From an uncultured virus (IMG/VR IMGVR_UViG_3300029705_000112) (lineage: Duplodnaviria; Heunggongvirae; Uroviricota; Caudoviricetes), in the IMG/VR virus record IMGVR_UViG_3300029705_000112: 20,000 nucleotides of DNA; one strand, 5' to 3'. Below, piece by piece: positions 7,589 through 15,193 of this stretch (within the stretch, counting starts at the first letter, position 1; each line of letters starts with the position of its first letter). The notes under the pieces are model-generated. The model ran no database searches. It saw only the letters and a program-made list of their open reading frames with translations, and was not told the DNA's origin. A program made the translations under genes and the position numbers.

Positions 7589-8944
7589 TTATGCTGCTAT
7601 TTTTTTGAGTGCCTTGTTTGCGTGGGGAAGCCATACGTTGTTTACGTAGTCGGTAACGGCTTGGTCGGGCTTGTGGTTGTGGTCTGCGTAGAATTGCAGT
7701 ATCTTCTTGCTTTGGGGAGAAAATTCGATTGTAGCAAGGGGCGTTTCGGTGTCGGTGGCAGAACGGACGAAGAAGATCAGACTTTGCTCTTTTGCGAATT
7801 TTTGGTCATAGTTCATTCTGCCTACACAATGATGCAATGCTTCTCCCTCTTTGACAAGCTCCGCTGGGCTTTGCGCGATATAGACAACAAACGCGCCATT
7901 GTCAAGGCTCTGCAAGGGCAGATATTTGCTTGCTACGGTTACAAAGTTCTCGGCAAGGTGTTCGCGTTCCCATTCGCGCTTTATGCGCTCCTGCTCGGCT
8001 TTGAGGGCTCTTGCGGTGTGTGCATCTTCAATGGCGACATCGTGGGCGTGCATAAAATCGTGGGGGTAGCGGTTCTTGTCCTTGGTCATATCCATGCCGA
8101 GCTCACGGCACGCGCTGACATAATCGCGGTAAAGGGAGAGGGTGGTATTCTGCTTTTTGAGGTAGCCGAAAAGGCGGTCTGCTTCTCCCTTGAACATTCC
8201 GTTGAACGTTTTGTAGAACGGAGTAGCAAGGTCTTTCTTAAACCACTCATACTCTTGTACGATCTCAAGGGGCTTGTTCTGCTTGTATGCGTTGAGAATC
8301 GTGCTTACGTAGAATTGCTTATCATATCCTCTGTCCGATGCAAGGAGTTCGCGGTTTCTGCCGAGGTACTTACGGAAAGATTTGTCTTTGGTGGCTTTCT
8401 CCAAAATCTGCTTGGAGAGGGCATAACTTGAAAGTCCGAGCTTGACGAGCATTTCTGCTATGGGGTACTTTTCGTAGGTGCGGAGATATTCAATGATATC
8501 CTCTCCTTGGTAGAGATCGCAAGCGGAGTATTGGTATTCGGGGTACTTACGGAGATAGTCAAGGTTTACAATGGGTGCGAACGTGGGGTTGTAATACTTG
8601 TCATCGGCTTCGTACCACTTGCCTTTTGCATACCATGCTGGGGCGTTGTGCTGACGCATACCCTCGGAGTAGAAATCGACCTTGAAACCGCCCATATAGG
8701 CGTACTCCATATCGTGCACGAAACAGATATCAGAGTGCAGACCGTGAACGGCTACCTGCTTGCAGTACCAAACCTTTTTATAGATCTTGACGGCTACTGT
8801 GACTCGGCAGAGATCTCCGTCATTCTTGGCAAGGTATGAGTAAAAGCGGAGCTGTCCGCAGGGCTTGATATTTCTGCTTTCGTCAAGCTTCTTTATCTTG
8901 GCGAGTATTTGCTTGGGTATGGGCTTGATCTTCTCTATCTTCAT
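7589..8944 (-). CDS. pcfJ: PcfJ-domain protein
   Basis: C-terminal YRDY...YPHDFMHAHD...ELVKEGEALHHCVG...Y...IFFVR...TIE...QFYADHN matches the PcfJ-like family. Likely start is ATG 8944 after AAGGAG (ORF track start is 8968). Confidence 0.88.
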   Translation of the reverse strand: MKIEKIKPIPKQILAKIKKLDESRNIKPCGQLRFYSYLAKNDGDLCRVTVAVKIYKKVWYCKQVAVHGLHSDICFVHDMEYAYMGGFKVDFYSEGMRQHNAPAWYAKGKWYEADDKYYNPTFAPIVNLDYLRKYPEYQYSACDLYQGEDIIEYLRTYEKYPIAEMLVKLGLSSYALSKQILEKATKDKSFRKYLGRNRELLASDRGYDKQFYVSTILNAYKQNKPLEIVQEYEWFKKDLATPFYKTFNGMFKGEADRLFGYLKKQNTTLSLYRDYVSACRELGMDMTKDKNRYPHDFMHAHDVAIEDAHTARALKAEQERIKREWEREHLAENFVTVASKYLPLQSLDNGAFVVYIAQSPAELVKEGEALHHCVGRMNYDQKFAKEQSLIFFVRSATDTETPLATIEFSPQSKKILQFYADHNHKPDQAVTDYVNNVWLPHANKALKKIAA

Positions 8945-8954
8945 AACGTGCTCC

Positions 8955-9467
8955 TTAGAATAAATCAAACAAAGAGATTTGAGCGGTGTCGGTGGGCTTT
9001 TTGGTCTTGGGCTTGGGTTCGGGTGTGGGCTTACGTTCGGGTTTGGGTTCGGGGGCAGGGGTGTCGAGAATGCTTAATTGTTGGGGCTCGGTCTTGGGGG
9101 CTTGTATGGGCTTGGTGGGGGCTTTGGGCTCGGTCTTTGGCTTGGGAGCTTGGTAGGGCGTGCCGTCAAGGTTGAATAATTCTCCCCCGATGGACTCTTC
9201 TTCAAAGTAGTGGATAGCCCACCCGAAAACTGTCTGATCGTCAACACAAGCAAAATTCGCGCCTTTCTCGGCAAGCTTGCGTGCTTCGGTTGTAGCCCAC
9301 TTGAAAAAGCCTTGCAGGGTCTTGCGCATGATTAGATGCTTGCCGTCCTTGGTGAGCGGTGTGCCGTTGTTGATCTTGTCTGCTAAAGTGTCGCTTGCGT
9401 TGTGCTCAAGGTATTCCTTGATACGTTGCTCTGGAACGTTGTGAGCGGTCAATGCTAATGCTTTCAT
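8955..9467 (-). CDS. pcfK: PcfK-like / AcrIIA9-family protein
   Basis: IKEYLE...KTLQGFFKWATTEARK...ACVDDQTVFGWAIHYFEEESI core, a Pro/Lys linker and a QISLF tail. Sits directly upstream of pcfJ as in known pcfK-pcfJ pairs. AGAAAGGA RBS. Confidence 0.85.
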   Translation of the reverse strand: MKALALTAHNVPEQRIKEYLEHNASDTLADKINNGTPLTKDGKHLIMRKTLQGFFKWATTEARKLAEKGANFACVDDQTVFGWAIHYFEEESIGGELFNLDGTPYQAPKPKTEPKAPTKPIQAPKTEPQQLSILDTPAPEPKPERKPTPEPKPKTKKPTDTAQISLFDLF

Positions 9468-9512
9468 ATTCTATTCCTTTCTGCGCCTTTAGGGGATTCG
9501 CTTTCCATAATT

Positions 9513-9680
9513 TTAGAATGTTTGTGTTCTCATGATCGAGCCGTCTTTAATGGAGACGATCTTGGTGATCTTCCAGTTTTTCTTTTGGCACTTGATCTTG
9601 AAATCGGTCAGCTCTCCGTATGGCAGGGTGCGCACGCGAGAGCCGTATTCGGTTGCGTAGTAAACTGTGTATTTGGTCAC
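9513..9680 (-). CDS. Small basic hypothetical protein (55 aa), first gene of the leftward operon
   Basis: GTG 9680 follows a GAAAGGGGG RBS just downstream of the promoter. Translates to MTKYTVYYATEYGSRVRTLPYGELTDFKIKCQKKNWKITKIVSIKDGSIMRTQTF. Confidence 0.7.
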   Translation of the reverse strand: MTKYTVYYATEYGSRVRTLPYGELTDFKIKCQKKNWKITKIVSIKDGSIMRTQTF

Positions 9681-9703
9681 GATGATCCCCCTTTCCACTC
9701 TCT

Positions 9704-9732
9704 ATTATAGCATACCCCTCGGGGTATGTAAA
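9704..9732 (-). promoter_or_regulatory. Strong sigmaA/sigma70-type leftward promoter
   Basis: Minus strand reads TTTACA (9732-9727), 17 bp, TATAAT (9709-9704), with an extended -10 TG (TGC-TATAAT). Confidence 0.85.
9711..9728. promoter_or_regulatory. Palindromic operator within the promoter spacer
   Basis: Perfect inverted repeat CATACCCC-TC-GGGGTATG occupying the -35/-10 spacer. Confidence 0.8.
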
Positions 9733-9788
9733 TTCGCAGAATAACCAAAGCGGAGTGAAAAAACTGTGCATATTTCACAAATCGGCTG

Positions 9789-9828
9789 AAATTACCCCAA
9801 ATTACCCAACTTTACCCCATTTTCACCA
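9789..9828 (+). repeat. Four 10-bp tandem repeats upstream of the late -10 box (probable activator binding site)
   Basis: AAATTACCCC / AAATTACCCA / ACTTTACCCC / ATTTTCACCA with 10-bp periodicity. Confidence 0.75.
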
Positions 9829-9850
9829 ACACGTGCGCAATTTTCGGGGT

Positions 9851-9856
9851 TATAAT
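9851..9856 (+). promoter_or_regulatory. -10 box of the putative activator-dependent late promoter
   Basis: TATAAT at 9851-9856 with no consensus -35. Direct repeats lie upstream and terS downstream, the layout known for RinA/ArpU-type late promoters. Confidence 0.65.
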
Positions 9857-9877
9857 AATACTGTGAAAATATCGAAA

Positions 9878-9909
9878 GAGGGCGTGCTGACGGGTACGCT
9901 CTTTTTTTA
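9878..9909 (+). terminator. Promoter-proximal intrinsic terminator-like hairpin
   Basis: GAGGGCGTGC-TGACGG-GTACGCTCTT (10 bp including G-U pairs) running into a T7 tract. Confidence 0.65.
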
Positions 9910-9911
9910 TA

Positions 9912-10012
9912 TGCCGAGAAGCACCTGCGGATATTTCATTCGAGACCATGTGGGATATCCGTCAAATAGTTACTCCTGCGGCGGCACTCGGTGTCGCCTA
10001 AGGTGCTCGACA
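9912..10012 (+). ncRNA. Candidate structured RNA (three-way junction) upstream of terS
   Basis: P1 9912-9926/10001-10012; P2 9927-9938/9951-9962 (12 bp); P3 9980-9987/9991-9998 (8 bp). G-U pairs favour the + strand. Confidence 0.55.
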
Positions 10013-10032
10013 AAAAGAAAGGGGGAGAGGTC

Positions 10033-10452
10033 GTGCTGACGGCAAATCAAGAGAAATTCGTGCAGGGTATCATTGATGGCAAGAGCCAAGCGGAAGCATA
10101 CAGATCCGCTTACCCCAATCAAAAAATGTCGGACAAGACTATTTGGGAAAAGGCAAGCACTCTGATGCGCAAGGACAAGGTTGTGGCAAGGTTGAACGAA
10201 TTGCGAGAGCAGATGATGAAACCGAGCATTATGAGCGCGCAGGAGCGGTTAGAATTGCTTACAAGAATTGCCAAGGGCGAAGAGCATGAGAGGGTCATGC
10301 GTATCGTTGATGGCGAGATGGTGGAAATTGAAGTGCCTGCAAGCATTAAGACAAGACAGACCGCCATTGACCTTATGAATAAAATGACAGGAGAGTACAC
10401 GACCAAGATCGAGGGAGATCTGAACGTGAAACGGCTTGAGGACTTGCTATGA
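10033..10452 (+). CDS. terS: Terminase small subunit
   Basis: LTANQEKFVQGIIDGKSQAEAYRSAY...ASTLM...V HTH and LELLTRIAKGE...AIDLMNKMTG motifs. Overlaps the terL start (ATGA). Likely GTG start at 10033 after GGGGGAGAGG. Confidence 0.9.
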   Translation: MLTANQEKFVQGIIDGKSQAEAYRSAYPNQKMSDKTIWEKASTLMRKDKVVARLNELREQMMKPSIMSAQERLELLTRIAKGEEHERVMRIVDGEMVEIEVPASIKTRQTAIDLMNKMTGEYTTKIEGDLNVKRLEDLL

Positions 10453-12236
10453 CATACTCGGCAGATTTTCTTATCGAGAAGCGCAAAGAGAAATGGCAAG
10501 AGAAGCACAGTATAGAGTTTGACAAGCAATTTCGTGATGCGGTGGCGCAGGAGCTATTGACAGATGCCGACTTGCTTGCAGAGGTTAAGAGATACCCCGA
10601 AAAGCTGATAGAGCTATTCTTTATCGTGGTTGACAAGAATCAGCAGACAATGCCGTTCTTTCTCAATGACGTGCAGCATGATTTCATGAATACCCTGAAC
10701 AAAGCCATAGAGGACTTTGAAAAGGGGGAGATCACTGATATATCCCTATTGGTATTGAAGGGCAGACAGCAAGGATTTACCACGGTTGTGACGGCATATC
10801 AGCTGTCGTGCTCGTTGCTCAATCGCAACTTTCAAGGCTACACGTTGGCAGACAAGAGCGACAACTCTGAAGCAATCTTTCAGAACAAAGCAAAGTTTCC
10901 GTATAGTCAGCTCCCGGAAGCGTTAAAGCCTACGGAGAAATACAACAACCGCAAGCAGCTGCTATTTGAGAAAATCAATAGCTCGTGGGCGGTTGATACA
11001 GCGACAAAGGACGTTGGGCGTTCGCGCACGGTCAACTTCTTCCACGGCTCTGAATGTGCCTTTTGGAAGGACGGTATATCACCTATACAAGCTGCTTTGG
11101 GTGAAGCCTTTACAAGGAACTGCATCAAGATATACGAGAGCACGGCAAACGGCTATAACGACTATCAGAAGATGTGGGATAGTGGCGTACACATTAACTG
11201 CTTCTATGAGTGGTGGAAAACCAAGGAATATCGCATATCCTTCCGTAACGATGATCAGAGAGCGGAATTTCTGCATCAGATTGACCGAGGAAAGGGATGG
11301 ATATTTGATAGGCTGCGCTGGCTGCGTGACGATAAAGGGCTTGCAGCGGAGCAGCTTTATTGGTACTGGAACAAATACGATAAATACCTTGACAAGGATC
11401 TGATCAAGCAGGAATATCCATGTTCTGCGCAGGAAGCGTTCCTTCTGTCGGGCAAGAACGTATTTGACACGCAGGTCATTCTTGAACGGCTCTCACGGCT
11501 TAATAAGCCTATCAAGAGGGGCTATTTCCTGTATGACTATGACGGACTACGCATCAGCAATATACGATGGGTCAACGATAAAGAGGGCTATATCTTGATA
11601 TATTCGCTCCCGAATCAGCCTGCATTTACCGAGTATTGCATAGGCGGTGACACGGCAGGAGAGGGCAGCGACTACTTTACCGGGCACGTATTGGACGCGA
11701 AAACAGGCGTGCAGGTGGCAACACTCAAGCATCAATTCGATGCAGACCAATACACAAGGCAGATGTACTGTCTTGGTATGTACTATAAGCAAGCCCTGAT
11801 TGGCATAGAAGCAAACTTTGATTCTTACCCGATCATGGAGCTGCAACGTTTGGGATATCCGAAGCAATACGTAAGAGAAGCGCAGGACACCTATACCGGC
11901 AAGACAGAGAAGCGGTTTGGCTTTAAGACAACGAGCTTGACGCGCCCGACCATCATTTCAAGGCTGATAGAGATCGTCAGAGAGCACCCGGATACTATCA
12001 ACGATAAGGACACCTTGGAAGAGCTTTTGACCATCACACGCAACGAAAAGGGGCGCATAGAAGCTCCCGAAGGCGGTCACGATGACCAAATGATGGGGCT
12101 TGCGATAGCGCACCATATCAGGGATCAGGTTGTGTTCATGGAAGAGCCAATTATCGTGAATCCGAAGAACGGCTTCAACATTGAGCGCATGATGCAGACA
12201 AGCACCGATTATGGCGATTCTATAACGCCTGTTTAA
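10449..12236 (+). CDS. terL: Terminase large subunit
   Basis: Walker A LKGRQQGFTT, Walker B variant FFHGSE, coupling motif ESTANG, nuclease motifs GGDTAGEGSD and HDDQMM. Confidence 0.96.
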   Translation: MTYSADFLIEKRKEKWQEKHSIEFDKQFRDAVAQELLTDADLLAEVKRYPEKLIELFFIVVDKNQQTMPFFLNDVQHDFMNTLNKAIEDFEKGEITDISLLVLKGRQQGFTTVVTAYQLSCSLLNRNFQGYTLADKSDNSEAIFQNKAKFPYSQLPEALKPTEKYNNRKQLLFEKINSSWAVDTATKDVGRSRTVNFFHGSECAFWKDGISPIQAALGEAFTRNCIKIYESTANGYNDYQKMWDSGVHINCFYEWWKTKEYRISFRNDDQRAEFLHQIDRGKGWIFDRLRWLRDDKGLAAEQLYWYWNKYDKYLDKDLIKQEYPCSAQEAFLLSGKNVFDTQVILERLSRLNKPIKRGYFLYDYDGLRISNIRWVNDKEGYILIYSLPNQPAFTEYCIGGDTAGEGSDYFTGHVLDAKTGVQVATLKHQFDADQYTRQMYCLGMYYKQALIGIEANFDSYPIMELQRLGYPKQYVREAQDTYTGKTEKRFGFKTTSLTRPTIISRLIEIVREHPDTINDKDTLEELLTITRNEKGRIEAPEGGHDDQMMGLAIAHHIRDQVVFMEEPIIVNPKNGFNIERMMQTSTDYGDSITPV

Positions 12237-12245
12237 GGGGGATAT

Positions 12246-12491
12246 ATGGAAATTATAATAGCAGTTTTGGTGACAGGCGCGCTTTGCATAGCGTGCTTTT
12301 TTATTGGCGCAAAGGTGGGTCAGACGGCAAGCCGAGGGGAGAACATTGCGCTTCCCGATATCGGCAAGGCAAAGAGAGAGCTGCAAGAGCGCAAGGAAGC
12401 GGACAAGGAGCAAAAGAGATATAACGCTATTCTTGAGAATATCGAGCGTTACGATGGCACGGCTTCCGGGCAAAAGGATATACCGAGATAA
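12246..12491 (+). CDS. Small membrane-anchored protein between terL and portal
   Basis: GGGGGA RBS. Hydrophobic N-terminus, coiled-coil, and an ENIERYDGT C-terminal motif. Confidence 0.8.
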   Translation: MEIIIAVLVTGALCIACFFIGAKVGQTASRGENIALPDIGKAKRELQERKEADKEQKRYNAILENIERYDGTASGQKDIPR

Positions 12492-12508
12492 TGACGTGGG
12501 GGTGAAAC

Positions 12509-14296
12509 ATGAGCTATCAAGGAAACATGGACTATAGAGAGTTCATAGAAACGCCGATTTGGCAGCTTTTCGAAAAGGGGCGCAATTATCACAGGATCAT
12601 CGGCACGTTCGGTGATACCGACAAGAATTACCGCTTCTACAACGGCAACCAATGGGAAGGCGCCAAGCTGGACGGCGTAGAGCCTGTACAGAAAAACTTT
12701 ATCAAGCCCATTGTCAAGTACAAAGTGGCGGTTATTCACGACAATTTGTATGCTATCGTGTACTCTTCGCAGAATTTCAAGAGCCGAACATTCCACAAGG
12801 AAGCGGAGAGATACTGCAAGATCCTGAACGGCTACGCTGCCAAGGTATGGGAGCGCGACAAGATGGATTTCAAGGGGCGCAGGATCACCAAGGATGCCGC
12901 GATCAATGACGAGGGCATTATCTACGTTGATTTCGACCAAGAGAAGATGCTGCCGGTCAATGAGATCATCAAGAAAAACGATATCTATTACGGCAACGAG
13001 AACGATGACGATATTCAAAATCAGCCCTATATCCTGCTCCGCAAGAGAATGCCGGTATCCAACGCGATTGAGTTTGCGCTGTATCACGGCATGAGTGAGG
13101 ACAAGGTGGCGTTTATTATCGGTGATAACGATACCTTTGAGGAAAGCGGAGACGCGGCAAAGGAAGAGCTTGATAACATGGTGACTATCGTGTACAAGCT
13201 TTACAAGAAGGACGGTACGGTCCGATTCTCTATTGCCACTCGGTACGTTGATATTGTCGAGGACGTTGACCTTGGTATTTCGCTCTATCCTATCGCGCAT
13301 TTCGTGTGGGAAGAGAAAGAGGGCAGCGCGAGAGGTGAGGGCGAGGTTCGATACCTGATCCCCAACCAAATTGAGGTCAACCGTGTCGAGGTCAGACGCG
13401 TCTTGGCTGTCAAGTATCAGGCATTTCCGCAGAGAGTTGCAGACATAAACAAGATAGCCAATCCTAATGCTCTTAAATCTGTCGGCGGCACGATCTATAC
13501 GAACGGTCAGCCGGTAGATGACGTGAACAAGATCATTGGCACGATTCAGCCGGCGCAAATGTCTGCGGACGTTGTAAAGCTGCAAGAGGACTTGATCAAC
13601 ATGTCAAGAGATTTGGCAGGCGCAGGTGATACCGCAGCGGGTCAGATCGATCCCGAAAAAGCATCCGGTAGAGCGATTCTTGCCGTGCAGCAGGCTTCGC
13701 AAGCTCCTATGACCGAGCAGAAAGAGTCCTACAAGACATTTGTAGAGGATTTGGCGCGTATTTGGCTTGAATATCTGATTGTGCATTCGGTGGACGGCGT
13801 GAAGATGGAAGAAGAGGTCACGGACAAGAACGGCGTGGAATACACCAAGCTTGTGACAGTGCCGCAGAGCGTGCTTGAAAAGCTGCAAGCATCGGTCAAG
13901 ATCGATATTACGCCCAAGGGTGTATATGACAGATTTGCGCAGGAGCAGACGCTTGAAAACCTGTTCGTGAATGGTATGTTCAGCGTGGAGAAATTGCCCG
14001 AGTTCAAGAAATACGTCAAGGCTCTTCCTGACGATTCCGTTGCACCCAAGACCATCCTTGAGGGAATCGTTGATGATGCGGAAGCAGAACAGCTCAAGAT
14101 TGCCGAGTACGAGGCAAAGGCGCAGATGCTTATGCAGAATGCGCAGCAGTTCTTCATGGAAGATCCCGATGGCCAGGCAGACCAAATGGCAGATGCACAG
14201 ATGCAGCTTGAAGCCGAGGAAGCAGAGCTTGCCGAGCAAGAGGACGAGCTTGACGAGGAAACCGAGGAAGCGGAAGAGGATATCGAGGAAGAATAA
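12509..14296 (+). CDS. Portal protein (P22-like/podovirus-type)
   Basis: 595 aa between terL and scaffold. FYNGNQW, NFIKPIV, LIPNQIEVN and SGRAILAVQQ motifs typical of this portal class. Highly acidic C-terminal tail. Confidence 0.88.
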   Translation: MSYQGNMDYREFIETPIWQLFEKGRNYHRIIGTFGDTDKNYRFYNGNQWEGAKLDGVEPVQKNFIKPIVKYKVAVIHDNLYAIVYSSQNFKSRTFHKEAERYCKILNGYAAKVWERDKMDFKGRRITKDAAINDEGIIYVDFDQEKMLPVNEIIKKNDIYYGNENDDDIQNQPYILLRKRMPVSNAIEFALYHGMSEDKVAFIIGDNDTFEESGDAAKEELDNMVTIVYKLYKKDGTVRFSIATRYVDIVEDVDLGISLYPIAHFVWEEKEGSARGEGEVRYLIPNQIEVNRVEVRRVLAVKYQAFPQRVADINKIANPNALKSVGGTIYTNGQPVDDVNKIIGTIQPAQMSADVVKLQEDLINMSRDLAGAGDTAAGQIDPEKASGRAILAVQQASQAPMTEQKESYKTFVEDLARIWLEYLIVHSVDGVKMEEEVTDKNGVEYTKLVTVPQSVLEKLQASVKIDITPKGVYDRFAQEQTLENLFVNGMFSVEKLPEFKKYVKALPDDSVAPKTILEGIVDDAEAEQLKIAEYEAKAQMLMQNAQQFFMEDPDGQADQMADAQMQLEAEEAELAEQEDELDEETEEAEEDIEEE

Positions 14297-14317
14297 AGCC
14301 CTTTTATAGGGCTTTTT
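14295..14317 (+). terminator. Intrinsic terminator after portal
   Basis: AAAGCCCT-TTTAT-AGGGCTTT followed by further Ts. Confidence 0.7.
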
Positions 14318-14402
14318 CTGATACATGACCGAGCATTTACGTCATAAAACTGCATGGAATCGGTGAAGCAAACACCACTCAAAAAATGGGAAGGAAAATC
14401 GT

Positions 14403-15161
14403 ATGAACGAGAACGAAAACCTTGTGACCGAAGAGGTTGCTGAAAACACGGAGCAGACCGCAGAACAAACCGCAGAACAAACGCCCAAGAGTTACACGGA
14501 CGATGAGGTCAATGCAATCGTGGGCAAACGCCTTGCCCGTCAGGAAGCAAAGATCCGCAAGGAATATGACCGCAAGTACGGCAGACTTACGGAAGTGCTG
14601 AAGGCAGGCACAGGCAAAGAGGACGTGGACGAAATGACCGACACGTTTGAGAAATTCTATGAGAGCAAGGGTGTCAAGATCCAAAAGCCGCAGTATTCGG
14701 CAAAGGACATTGAAGCACTTGCAAGGGCTGATGCAAACGATATCATCGGCGCTGGCTTTGAGTACGTGGTTGACGAGGTTGACCGCCTCTCCGAGATCGG
14801 CGCGGATAGAATGACCGCAAGAGAAAAAGCGTTGTTCAAGGTGCTGGCAGAGCACAGGCAGAATGCCGAGAGAGCGCAGGAGCTTGAAAAGATCGGCGTT
14901 GGTGAGGACGTTTTGAACAGCCCCGAGTTCAAGGAATTTCAGCGTATGTTCAGAGAGGACACGCCTATTTCCAAGGTATATGAGCAATACCAAAAAAACA
15001 AACCGAGAAAAGAATTTAAGACGATGGGGAGTATGAAGCAGCCCCAAGATACCGGCGTAAAGGATTACTACACGCCCGAAGAGATCGAGAGGTTGACCAT
15101 GAAAGACCTTGACGATCCGAAGGTGTGGGAAGCCGTAAGACGCTCTATGACAGGCGGCTAA
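14403..15161 (+). CDS. Capsid scaffolding protein
   Basis: Acidic N-terminus with EQTA repeats, the YTDDEVNAIVGKRLARQ motif typical of scaffolds, and a position immediately before the major capsid gene. Confidence 0.85.
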   Translation: MNENENLVTEEVAENTEQTAEQTAEQTPKSYTDDEVNAIVGKRLARQEAKIRKEYDRKYGRLTEVLKAGTGKEDVDEMTDTFEKFYESKGVKIQKPQYSAKDIEALARADANDIIGAGFEYVVDEVDRLSEIGADRMTAREKALFKVLAEHRQNAERAQELEKIGVGEDVLNSPEFKEFQRMFREDTPISKVYEQYQKNKPRKEFKTMGSMKQPQDTGVKDYYTPEEIERLTMKDLDDPKVWEAVRRSMTGG

Positions 15162-15193
15162 ATATCCTCATCCCCAAGAAAGGATGAATGATT

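Noticed and set aside
7538..8431. 297-aa plus-strand ORF opposite pcfJ
   Set aside because: Antisense shadow. pcfJ has family motifs and an RBS while this ORF has neither.
9789..9828. Short repeats as a possible CRISPR mini-array
   Set aside because: 10-bp head-to-tail units with no spacers, and no cas genes in the window.
9991..10032. ORF-track start of terS at GTG 9991
   Set aside because: Lies inside RNA stem P3 with no RBS. GTG 10033 has a strong SD.
9755..10039. 94-aa plus-strand ORF across the promoter/RNA region
   Set aside because: Spans the repeats, -10 box, terminator and structured RNA. The sequence is better explained as regulatory.
12449..14382. Long minus-strand ORFs (378, 240 and 217 aa) opposite the portal gene
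   Set aside because: Shadow ORFs caused by codon bias of the real gene. No RBS, no recognisable motif, and they fully overlap a clear portal CDS.
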